Assembly: GCA_016282155.1 (NCBI GenBank)
Contig: JAEEJY010000020.1
Coordinates: 1,183 to 65,182 of the forward strand
Length of the DNA stretch: 64,000 bases
Origin: Bacillales bacterium
GTDB lineage: Bacteria; Bacillota_I; Bacilli_A; RF39; UBA660
Direction: 5' to 3'
The notes beneath the pieces were generated by a model. It was not told the origin of the DNA. It searched no databases and saw nothing but the letters and a program-made list of their open reading frames with translations. Shown here piece by piece: positions 37,375 through 45,909 of the stretch; position 1 is the stretch's first letter, and each line of letters opens with the position of its first letter. The position numbers were made by a program, and so were the translations under genes.

Positions 37375-38939
37375 ATTTAGTATTTTTAAGACATGGAGAA
37401 GCAACAGATAATGTTAAAGAACTAATATCAGATAAAGAAATATATTGGTCAACTTTAACGGAAGATGGTATTAATACAGTAAAAGAATCAGTAAAAGGTT
37501 TACCTAATACTGTTGATAAGATATATGTATCACCACTTCCAAGAACGATTGAAACAGCGCGTTTTGTAAGTGAATTATTTCCGCATACAGAAGTTATAAT
37601 TGAAAACCGTATTCGTGAAATATATCATGGTAAATATACTCATCAAAAAAATAACGAAGATCTTGATAATACCCGTATTAAGCAAATAGGTGGGGATTAC
37701 TTCGTTAGATTAGGTGACTATGGTGAAAATAATTTTGATATTGAAGGAAGATTAACTTCTTTCTTAAAAGATGTTCATGATAGTAATTTAAAAGATAATA
37801 CTGTCGTGATAGTATCACACGGTTCAATCACTTCTTATATGAAAAGGATTTTAAAAATAAAAACAGCCCATATTCAAACTGGTAAAATGGAAATATTTAA
37901 TGATGTTGATTTTAAACCATTATATGCTCATATAAGAAAATTAAATAAAATTAAAAAAGAAGAAGTAAATAGAAGAGTAGAGTTAGTTAACTCTTTAGAA
38001 GTAAATCCTTTATTAAAAAAGAACTTGCTTACACTAGCAAAAAAAGAATTTAATAATATGGAATTTAGTAAAGAGATATTTGATAAAGAGATTGAAGGAT
38101 TAAAAACTTCTAATTTAAAACAAATAACTGATTCTAAATTTAAAGGTGATCTTATTCTAGTATGTTTTTATAGTGACTTTAGTAATTTTGCTAAATACTG
38201 GATGGATCATTATATAAGTATTGGTATTAAGAATTTTGTTCTTGTAAATAATAATAGTAAAGATAATTCAAAAGAAATACTAGAAAGTTATCAAGATAAA
38301 GTTAATATATCTTTCTGGGAAATTAATGAAAAATATAATTGCTACAACATGTGTGGTTGGAAGCAACAAATCTTTGAACACTATGGTGTAGATAAAATAT
38401 ATTTAACAGTTGATTCAGACGAATTATTTATTTATAAAGATTATAAAAATATTAAACTAGAAGAATATATTAAAAAGAATAAGCTAACTAGTTTAAAAGC
38501 ATTAATGTTAGATGTTTATACAAATAAAAATCTATATGAAGGTAATATTGAAGATTTTAAATATGTTGATAAAGGTACATATAAAACTAGTAAATGTATT
38601 TATGGTACTAGATTATTTGGAGGACCTAGATCAAGAGTATTTAAGATTAATCCAAGTCTTCAAAAGATGCCTTTAATGAAGTATACAGGTAAAGAATATT
38701 TTGCTAATGATCATTTTTATTATCCATTTAGTTTAAATGAAAAAGCAAAATTATCTGCTTATTTACTTCACTATAAATTTTTACCTGGAGATTTAGATAA
38801 ATATAGTGAATATGCTAGGGATGGACGTCACTGGAATAATTCAAGAGAGTATAAGATTTATAGTAATACAGATAATAAAATATCATTCTATGATAAGGAG
38901 ATTTCTATTTTAGTAGACGATATAGATTTTGATTTTTAA
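37371..38939 (+). CDS. fusion protein: N-terminal histidine phosphatase plus C-terminal GT-A-like glycosyltransferase domain
   Basis: FLRHGEATDN, SPLPRTIETA and VSHGS motifs (aa 1 to about 170). The C-terminal half has a GT2/GT92-like beginning (LILVCFYSDFSNFAKYWMDHY...VLVNNNSKDNS) and a DSDE DxD motif. ATGA overlap upstream. Confidence 0.7.
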   Translation: MNLVFLRHGEATDNVKELISDKEIYWSTLTEDGINTVKESVKGLPNTVDKIYVSPLPRTIETARFVSELFPHTEVIIENRIREIYHGKYTHQKNNEDLDNTRIKQIGGDYFVRLGDYGENNFDIEGRLTSFLKDVHDSNLKDNTVVIVSHGSITSYMKRILKIKTAHIQTGKMEIFNDVDFKPLYAHIRKLNKIKKEEVNRRVELVNSLEVNPLLKKNLLTLAKKEFNNMEFSKEIFDKEIEGLKTSNLKQITDSKFKGDLILVCFYSDFSNFAKYWMDHYISIGIKNFVLVNNNSKDNSKEILESYQDKVNISFWEINEKYNCYNMCGWKQQIFEHYGVDKIYLTVDSDELFIYKDYKNIKLEEYIKKNKLTSLKALMLDVYTNKNLYEGNIEDFKYVDKGTYKTSKCIYGTRLFGGPRSRVFKINPSLQKMPLMKYTGKEYFANDHFYYPFSLNEKAKLSAYLLHYKFLPGDLDKYSEYARDGRHWNNSREYKIYSNTDNKISFYDKEISILVDDIDFDF

Positions 38940-38952
38940 AGAGGTGATATAA

Positions 38953-40443
38953 ATGAAATATTTTATATTAAATAAAAATAAAGAATTTAAACAAATAATG
39001 AAATATTTAATAGAGAAAGAAGGTCTTCCTAAGATTCAAAGAAGATTAGATATATTCTCTAATTATGATAATTCACGTATTGAAATATTAAATAATGAAG
39101 TAACTTATCGTAAGGATGACCGTCTTCGTAAAATATATATTCATAATAAAAATTTAAAATATTTTTTTAAGATGTTTGATAATGAAAAAGGGTATTGTAT
39201 TAGTGATATCGCAATTTTAAATTTTAAAAATTGCTCAGTCATGTTTAATACATATCACGGAACTATTATTTCAATGGATGATATAGGTTTATGTGAAGAG
39301 ATAGAAGAAGGATTTAATATTCCACATTACGATCGAATATCTGATCATCCGATGATTAAAAAACCAAAACCTGAAAGATTATTTGATGGCGCAGGTAACT
39401 TAAATTCAAAGATTAAAGATTATGCTCATAAAACAGGACTTGATATTAGGTCTTTAAGTTCCTCTTTAAAAGTAAGAGTTTCTAATGTTGGTAATGATTA
39501 TTCATATTTGGAGAAATACTATAAGGATATATCAGGACATGATTTATTATCCACAAATCCTAATTATAAAAAGAAATATAAAATAGCTAATATAAGTATT
39601 ATTATTCCTGTATATAATCAGGATGTTACATATACATTACTTGCTATTCAAGGTCAAAATATTTCGAAAGAAGAGAAAAAGAAAATCCAAGTAATTATAA
39701 TTGATGACGGATCAAAGAATAATGTAATAGAGGAAGTAAATAGTGTTAGAGATTTATTAGACTATGAATTACAAATAATATCATTAGGTCAAAATATGGG
39801 ATTATCTAATGCAAGAAATGTAGGTTTTGCGGTAGCTAAATATGAACATATATTATTCTTAGATTCAGATATTTTAATAAGTCGTAATTACATATATGAT
39901 ATTAGTGTAAGATTACAATTAATACCTAATGCATTATTTATATGTATGCGTAAAAATATCACAAGAGATTCGGAATTACTTGATAAGAAAGTATTATTGT
40001 CTGGTGTTCAAGAATGTTTTGATTTTGATGATAGTAGAGTAATTACTAAAGGAAAAGATTATCATATTGGCTGCGATAAAGTTTATATTGATGAAGAAAT
40101 ATCAATTCTAGATGACACAAATTATTTTAAGGAACTAGGATATGGTTCGCAAATCGGAATATATAATATTGCAACTGTTGTCACAGGACATAATATTGCG
40201 CTTAATAGATCATTAATTAAATCAAATCAACCTTTCTCTAATAAGTTTAAAGGTTGGGGTATGGAAGACGCATATTTTGCTTCTAAGTTAGTAGCGGATG
40301 GATGCTTTGTAATCCCTGTCTTATCATCTTGTGTATATCATATAGATCATCCACCACGTAGTGGAAGTAATGAAAAGAAAATAGAAGAAGCAATGAGAAA
40401 TCACGAAATATATAATGAATTATTAAATCAAGTATGGAAATAA
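38953..40443 (+). CDS. GT2-family glycosyltransferase with an unassigned N-terminal domain of about 200 aa
   Basis: ISIIIPVYNQ, IIIDDGS, LDSDIL (DxD) and KGWGMEDAYF (GalT-like C-terminal motif). I do not recognise the first 200 aa or so. Confidence 0.75.
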   Translation: MKYFILNKNKEFKQIMKYLIEKEGLPKIQRRLDIFSNYDNSRIEILNNEVTYRKDDRLRKIYIHNKNLKYFFKMFDNEKGYCISDIAILNFKNCSVMFNTYHGTIISMDDIGLCEEIEEGFNIPHYDRISDHPMIKKPKPERLFDGAGNLNSKIKDYAHKTGLDIRSLSSSLKVRVSNVGNDYSYLEKYYKDISGHDLLSTNPNYKKKYKIANISIIIPVYNQDVTYTLLAIQGQNISKEEKKKIQVIIIDDGSKNNVIEEVNSVRDLLDYELQIISLGQNMGLSNARNVGFAVAKYEHILFLDSDILISRNYIYDISVRLQLIPNALFICMRKNITRDSELLDKKVLLSGVQECFDFDDSRVITKGKDYHIGCDKVYIDEEISILDDTNYFKELGYGSQIGIYNIATVVTGHNIALNRSLIKSNQPFSNKFKGWGMEDAYFASKLVADGCFVIPVLSSCVYHIDHPPRSGSNEKKIEEAMRNHEIYNELLNQVWK

Positions 40444-40452
40444 GGTGAAAGT

Positions 40453-41298
40453 ATGCAAGTAGCAAACAACGAAAATGAATTACTAAATATAAAAGATAAT
40501 TTAGTTTTAGGTAGTTTACCTAAAATGAATAATTCAAAAATTATATTTTATGGAGAAAATAATATTTTATACTGCGAAGATTCAGTAACTCTTAGTGATA
40601 GTGTGCTTGAATTTGGCGCTAGTAATTCAATTGTTTTCCTTCGTAGTAGTAGTCATAAATATCGTCTACTTGCGACTGTATTTAATAATTCAACTATTTA
40701 TATTGATAAAGATAATTACTTTAATGAACCTTTAGATATAATTGTATCTGAAGAAACTAATTTAGTAATTGGAAGAGATTCTATGTTTTCTAAAGGTGTT
40801 AGCATAATGACTACTGATCATCATCCAATATATGATGTAAATACTTTAGAAAGAATTAATCATGCTAAAAGTATTTATATAGGTGATCATGTTTGGATAG
40901 GGCAAGATTCAACAATCTTAAAAGGAACAAAAATAGATTCTGGAAGTATCATTGGTGCTTCTAGTGTAGTAGCAGGTTCATCTATTCCAAATAATACTAT
41001 TTATGCTGGTAATCCTGCTAAGCTAATTAAGGAAGATGCTTTCTGGAATGGAGCTTCTACTCATAAATGGATAAGGGGAGTAGAAAATAGCTCTAGTTAT
41101 GAAGGTAATCCAGAAGATTATAAATTTAATTTAGATGATAGTGAAAGATTAGATTATGCTGATATTGAAGGATATTTAAATAGATGTAATAGTAAAGAAA
41201 AATATGAATTCTTACAAATCTTATCCAAGAATAGTAGGAAGAATAGATTCGTTCATTTTGCTAAAGAAAAAAATAAAGTAAAGAAATTTAATGAATAA
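40453..41298 (+). CDS. hexapeptide-repeat (LbH) O-acetyltransferase
   Basis: IGDHVWIGQDSTILKGTKIDSGSIIGASSVVAGS hexapeptide repeats, followed by IYAGNPAKLI. Confidence 0.8.
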   Translation: MQVANNENELLNIKDNLVLGSLPKMNNSKIIFYGENNILYCEDSVTLSDSVLEFGASNSIVFLRSSSHKYRLLATVFNNSTIYIDKDNYFNEPLDIIVSEETNLVIGRDSMFSKGVSIMTTDHHPIYDVNTLERINHAKSIYIGDHVWIGQDSTILKGTKIDSGSIIGASSVVAGSSIPNNTIYAGNPAKLIKEDAFWNGASTHKWIRGVENSSSYEGNPEDYKFNLDDSERLDYADIEGYLNRCNSKEKYEFLQILSKNSRKNRFVHFAKEKNKVKKFNE

Positions 41299-41329
41299 AA
41301 AAAGAATAGTTATTAACTATTCTTTTTTA
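41297..41329. terminator. bidirectional terminator shared by convergent genes
   Basis: Stem aaaaagaatagt / actattcttttt flanked by A- and T-runs. The stop codon of the minus-strand gene lies inside it. Confidence 0.75.
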
Positions 41330-41924
41330 TAAACTCATATACTGCTTTTGATACTTTATCATGACCTTCAATATCCATATGTAAACCATCTACAAGAGTA
41401 ACATTATCTACAATAATACTTTGGTTACTTTTATTATTTTTAAAGTAAGTAATTAACTCTTGACGTTTGTCTTCAGATTCTTGAGGAAATGATCTTTCCA
41501 CATTAAAATTTACCGGAAGTAAATAATAAATATTAGGGAATTTATTATTAAAATATTTATCTGGAAGATATTCATATATCTCTTTAACTTTATCTTCATA
41601 CCATAATAAGTTATTAATAATATCTTCGGCAGAATTTAAAAACTTTTTATTTAAGTCATTTGTTCCTAAAGCGATTATTAATGTATCAATAGGAGCATTA
41701 CTTTTAAAGATGGCTTCAAAAGAATCTTTGCCATTTTTATATGGTTCTATTTCATCTTTATTACCAGCTTGTCTACCAGGTAATCCTTCTTGTAAAACTT
41801 TATAGTCACTACCTAAAAGATTATTTAATTTATTAGCCCATAAATATTCGTCAGCAAGTCTTTTCTTAGTAATTAAATTATCTCCCCAAGTATTTGAATC
41901 ACCATATATTAATATTTTTTTCAT
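41313..41924 (-). CDS. SGNH/GDSL-family hydrolase
   Basis: N-terminal ILIYGDSNTWG block I. GTND block III. C-terminal DGLHM (DxxH) block V. Confidence 0.8.
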   Translation of the reverse strand: MKKILIYGDSNTWGDNLITKKRLADEYLWANKLNNLLGSDYKVLQEGLPGRQAGNKDEIEPYKNGKDSFEAIFKSNAPIDTLIIALGTNDLNKKFLNSAEDIINNLLWYEDKVKEIYEYLPDKYFNNKFPNIYYLLPVNFNVERSFPQESEDKRQELITYFKNNKSNQSIIVDNVTLVDGLHMDIEGHDKVSKAVYEFIKKNS

Positions 41925-41969
41925 ATTACCACCACCAATATTATATCAAAAAAAGAACAATGTGTTCTT

Positions 41970-42428
41970 TTAATAAATAGTTTTATTCATTTTATTATAT
42001 TCATCAAATAATTCTAGACATTCATCACGGTCAATGCATTCTAGGAAATTTCCAAGTTTTTCACGACCTCCAAAAATCTTATTAAATTTTTCATCTCTAA
42101 AACCAATTATTTCATTGTCTTTAACAGTACATCCATAATAAACTTTATCAATATTTGCCCACATACATGCGCATAAACACATATGACAAGGTTCTCCTGT
42201 TGTATAAAGTTCACAACCTGTTAAATCATAAGTATTTAAATTTTTACAAGCGTCTCTAATAGCGGATACTTCTCCATGGCAGGTAGGATCATTTTTAAGA
42301 AGAACTTTGTTATGACCAATTCCTACAATTTCTCCGTTTTTTACAATAACTGTTCCAAAAGGACCACCATGTCCTTTTTTTATTCCATCCCTAGCTTCTT
42401 CAATAGCAATCTTCATAAATCTATTCAT
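41970..42428 (-). CDS. guaD: guanine deaminase (CDA-fold, GuaD-like)
   Basis: GGPFGTVIVK, DPTCHGEVSAIR (H[AG]E) and EPCHMCLCA (PCxxC) motifs. The length and pattern closely resemble B. subtilis GuaD. Confidence 0.75.
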   Translation of the reverse strand: MNRFMKIAIEEARDGIKKGHGGPFGTVIVKNGEIVGIGHNKVLLKNDPTCHGEVSAIRDACKNLNTYDLTGCELYTTGEPCHMCLCACMWANIDKVYYGCTVKDNEIIGFRDEKFNKIFGGREKLGNFLECIDRDECLELFDEYNKMNKTIY

Positions 42429-42515
42429 AGTATCACCATAAAAATTATATCATATTTATGTTAGTTATGGTAATTATAAGTTATTTTTATGATATAATTA
42501 ACTTAGGGTGGTAAT

Positions 42516-43238
42516 ATGAAAGAAAATAAATTTGTTTTAAACACGATTGTAATAGTAGCAGCTTTTATTTTAATTCAATTATTTGGTTATAAGATAGCTT
42601 TATTATTACTTAATAGTCCAGACGAAGGAAATGGTTACAAGACTTTATTTAATATTAAAGATGAAATAAAGATTGAATCAAAGAATGCTAGTAATCCTAA
42701 AACATATTTAGATATGGAATATGAGGAATTAGAAGGATTTACTTATGGTGAAAGCCAATCTACTAAATTAAATAATTCTTATTATTTATATAAGGATGAT
42801 ACGCAAACTGTTTTAGCAGGTTATAAAGTAGGTAGTGGCTATAACTATTATGATGATATTATTAAATCTAGTATTAATGATAAAGAAACTAATGTAAAAT
42901 TACTTGAGAAAGTAAATGTATATAATAACTTTGAAGTAATTAAATATTTACAAAAACATTATAAAGATAAAGTATCTATCTTCTCGAATACAAATGATGT
43001 TAAATTACATAATTTAATGAATACATATGCTAATAAGAAAATAGAAGAAGGGGAAATAAGATACTTAAAAGGAGATTTAGAAGGATTTATTATTATTAAT
43101 AAAACTAATACTATTTTCCAAGTAAATATTAAGAATAATGATAAGTATTATTATTTTGATTTCTTTAATAGTACAGATAATGAATACTTTACTTTAGATA
43201 AAGTAATATCTATTATTAGCACAATTAAATTTAAATAA
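42516..43238 (+). CDS. membrane-anchored hypothetical protein
   Basis: N-terminal TM (LNTIVIVAAFILIQLFGYKIALLLL). SD GGGTGG upstream. Confidence 0.55.
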   Translation: MKENKFVLNTIVIVAAFILIQLFGYKIALLLLNSPDEGNGYKTLFNIKDEIKIESKNASNPKTYLDMEYEELEGFTYGESQSTKLNNSYYLYKDDTQTVLAGYKVGSGYNYYDDIIKSSINDKETNVKLLEKVNVYNNFEVIKYLQKHYKDKVSIFSNTNDVKLHNLMNTYANKKIEEGEIRYLKGDLEGFIIINKTNTIFQVNIKNNDKYYYFDFFNSTDNEYFTLDKVISIISTIKFK

Positions 43239-43266
43239 AAAGAATTAACGAATGTTAATTCTTTTT
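43238..43266. terminator. bidirectional terminator
   Basis: Stem aaagaattaac / gttaattcttt with flanking A/T runs, between convergent genes. Confidence 0.7.
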
Positions 43267-43695
43267 ATTTTGTAAAATACTTGTTGTGTAGTTAATAAAT
43301 AGTACTAAAGAAATTAAATCTAAGCGATCAATTAAATTAAGTAATTCTTTTTTGGAAAAACGTTTATTAAGTTTATTATCTAAATCTGTTTTCTTTTTTA
43401 AGATTGTTTCTTTACTAAAGTCTTTAATAAGTTTTCTTTTCTTAATTAATTTATTTAAAGCATAGATTACAATTTCTAAATTAATATTATTTTTAATAAA
43501 TTCTTTTTCTAATTTTAATGTGTTTTTTCTTGTTGCTTGATACATCTCTTCATCTAATTCATCAATTATTTCTTTGATATAAGATAATAATTGATTACTA
43601 AAATTAAATTTAAGTAATTCTTTAGAGATAGCATCTAACTTTTTTATTTCGACATTATAGATATATCTTAATTGTAATTCAGTATCAATAGGCAT
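43255..43695 (-). CDS. hypothetical helical K/E/L-rich protein
   Basis: 146-aa ORF, 1 nt downstream of the preceding minus-strand gene. No motif recognised. Confidence 0.45.
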   Translation of the reverse strand: MPIDTELQLRYIYNVEIKKLDAISKELLKFNFSNQLLSYIKEIIDELDEEMYQATRKNTLKLEKEFIKNNINLEIVIYALNKLIKKRKLIKDFSKETILKKKTDLDNKLNKRFSKKELLNLIDRLDLISLVLFINYTTSILQNKKN

Positions 43696-43696
43696 G

Positions 43697-44167
43697 TTAA
43701 AAATTAAGTTTCTTCAAAATACTTTCTAGATCTTCTTTATAGCTTCCATCAACATTAAAATATAGTAATTTATTATCTACTCTTTTTACATACATGTATT
43801 TATTTTTAGTTAATTTATAATAGATAGAATATTTATCTTTAGAGATGTCTTCATTATCAATAACTTCTGACTCATCTAATTCAAATGATTGTTTATTAAA
43901 ACCAAATGAGTTTTTAGCACTATTAACATCATTAAAGACAAGAAATTCTATTTGATAATTATTATTGTAAGCAACATTAGCTTCCTTAACTATTTCTTCA
44001 CTAAATTGTTCTTTAACATCTTGGATTTTAAAACCATTTTTTTCTGTTATTTTAATAAAACTATGCATATCTAGTTCTTTATTACTTTTTCTACTTAATA
44101 TAAAAAATACACATCCTATGATAATAAATAAGATAACTAATTCAATTATTAATATCTTCTTTTTCAT
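43697..44167 (-). CDS. membrane-anchored hypothetical protein
   Basis: N-terminal TM (ILIIELVILFIIIGCVFFIL). SD GGTGG upstream on the minus strand. Confidence 0.55.
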   Translation of the reverse strand: MKKKILIIELVILFIIIGCVFFILSRKSNKELDMHSFIKITEKNGFKIQDVKEQFSEEIVKEANVAYNNNYQIEFLVFNDVNSAKNSFGFNKQSFELDESEVIDNEDISKDKYSIYYKLTKNKYMYVKRVDNKLLYFNVDGSYKEDLESILKKLNF

Positions 44168-44244
44168 AAAACCACCAATATTAATTATACATTAATTTAT
44201 TTATTTTTTGAAGATAATTTGCTATAATTATTTTAGGTGATGAT

Positions 44245-44589
44245 ATGAAAAAGGGATTTACATTAATTGAATTACTAGCAACTATTATAGTACTTGGTAT
44301 TTTAGTTTTAATTACAGTACCGGTAGCAAATAATATAACAAGAAGAAGTGCACGTAAAACTATTACAACTACAGCTAAAGAAACATTAAAGGCAGCGGAA
44401 ACTTATTTTATTGAGAATGGTAAGAAAGAGGGTAAGTGCGCTACTATATCTGATCTTGATATGGATATTAAAGATAAATCTCTTAGTGGACAAGTATGTG
44501 TCAATGAAAATACTTTAGTATTAAGTATGGAAAACAATATGTTTATTGTCAATGGAACATTAGATCATTTAGAAATAGAGGATAAATAA
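44245..44589 (+). CDS. prepilin-type N-terminal cleavage/methylation domain protein (pseudopilin-like), copy 3
   Basis: MKKGFTLIELLATIIVLGILVLITVPV N-terminus. Two Cys in the variable part. SD AGGTGA upstream. Confidence 0.8.
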   Translation: MKKGFTLIELLATIIVLGILVLITVPVANNITRRSARKTITTTAKETLKAAETYFIENGKKEGKCATISDLDMDIKDKSLSGQVCVNENTLVLSMENNMFIVNGTLDHLEIEDK

Positions 44590-44607
44590 TCCTCTTTTTA
44601 TTTACTC

Positions 44608-44621
44608 AGAACAAGTGTTCG
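44608..44621 (+). promoter_or_regulatory. LexA (Cheo/SOS) box upstream of dinB
   Basis: AGAACAAGTGTTCG is a perfect GAAC-N4-GTTC palindrome (Bacillus consensus CGAACATATGTTCG). It abuts the extended -10 TGTATAAT (44622-44629). Confidence 0.8.
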
Positions 44622-44644
44622 TGTATAATTAAGATGGTGGTAGT

Positions 44645-45850
44645 ATGGAAAGAATTATATTTCATATAGATGTTAATAATGCGTTTGTTTCCTGGACAGC
44701 AGTCGATTTATTAAAACAAGGATCAAAAATCGATATAAGAAATACGTATGCTGTTGTTGGAGGAGACGAAAAAACAAGAAACGGGATAGTTCTTGCGAAA
44801 AGTCCTCTCGCTAAAAAAGTAGATATTGTAACAGGAGAAACCATTTATAATGCTAAACGTAAATATAAAAATTTAACTGTCTATCCACCAAATTTTAGAC
44901 TTTATCAAGAAATGTCATATAGTTTATTTAATTTACTAGCGAAATATACGCCAGATATAGAAGTGGCCTCTATTGATGAGTGTTACTTAGATTATGGTAA
45001 AGTTAAAAAATTATATGGTAATGAACTAGAATTCGCTTATAAAATAAAAGATGAAATTCAAAACACTTTAGGATTTACTGTTAATATTGGAATAGCGAAT
45101 AATAAACTGTGTGCTAAGATGGCATCGGATTTTACGAAACCAAACCGAGTTCATACTTTATATGATAATGAAGTTAAAGAGAAAATGTGGCCTCTTAAAG
45201 TAGGAGATTTATTTGGGGTAGGAAGAAGTACACTTCCTAAGTTAGAAGCAATTGGTATCCATACAATAGAAGATTTAGCTAATTATGACTTAACTAAACT
45301 AACAAGATATTTTAAGAATCAAGCCAAGCATTTAATTGATATCGCAAATGGTATTGATAATAGTGAAGTAAAATCTATTCCTGATGAGGTAAAAGGTATT
45401 GGCCATGAATTTACTTTAGAAGAAGATACGACAGATATTAATGTTCTTTTTAAAGAATTATTTCTTCTTTCAGAAATGGTAGGAAAAAGACTTCGTAAAG
45501 AAAATAAATATGCTCAAGTAATATGTGTATCTTTAAAAGATAATTTCTTTAGAAGATATTCTCATCAAAGAAAACTAGTTAACGCTACTAATATAACTAG
45601 TGAAATATATGAACATTCTAAAAGTATTTTAAAAGAGTTTTATAATGGAGAAAGTATTCGCTTAATAGGCTTAAGATTAGATGATTTACATGAGGAAAAT
45701 ATCTATCAAACTAGTTTATTTGAAGATTTAACAAAGAAAGATAAAGAGTCTAGTATAGATAAAGTTATTGATGAGATCAATCAAAAAATGGGAAGAAATA
45801 CTGTTACTAAGGCAAGCCTAGCTAATAAAAAAATTAATCGTAAAGAATAA
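44645..45850 (+). CDS. dinB: DNA polymerase IV (Y-family)
   Basis: IFHIDVNNAFVSW and SIDECYLD catalytic motifs. Little-finger domain length. SOS box upstream. Confidence 0.9.
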   Translation: MERIIFHIDVNNAFVSWTAVDLLKQGSKIDIRNTYAVVGGDEKTRNGIVLAKSPLAKKVDIVTGETIYNAKRKYKNLTVYPPNFRLYQEMSYSLFNLLAKYTPDIEVASIDECYLDYGKVKKLYGNELEFAYKIKDEIQNTLGFTVNIGIANNKLCAKMASDFTKPNRVHTLYDNEVKEKMWPLKVGDLFGVGRSTLPKLEAIGIHTIEDLANYDLTKLTRYFKNQAKHLIDIANGIDNSEVKSIPDEVKGIGHEFTLEEDTTDINVLFKELFLLSEMVGKRLRKENKYAQVICVSLKDNFFRRYSHQRKLVNATNITSEIYEHSKSILKEFYNGESIRLIGLRLDDLHEENIYQTSLFEDLTKKDKESSIDKVIDEINQKMGRNTVTKASLANKKINRKE

Positions 45851-45883
45851 GGTGTCTAGTTATAGGAAATAGACACCTTTTTT
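45849..45883 (+). terminator. rho-independent terminator feeding into the tex -10 (TGATATAAT, 45883-45891)
   Basis: 10-bp stem aaggtgtcta / tagacacctt, then a T-run. Confidence 0.75.
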
Positions 45884-45909
45884 GATATAATATATAATGG
45901 AGTGATAAT

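Noticed and set aside
42429-42515. Purine/guanine riboswitch upstream of the guanine deaminase gene (minus strand).
   Set aside because: On the minus strand the -10 (TGATATAAT) lies only about 20 nt from the start codon. The leader is too short for an aptamer, and the conserved purine-riboswitch core is not visible.
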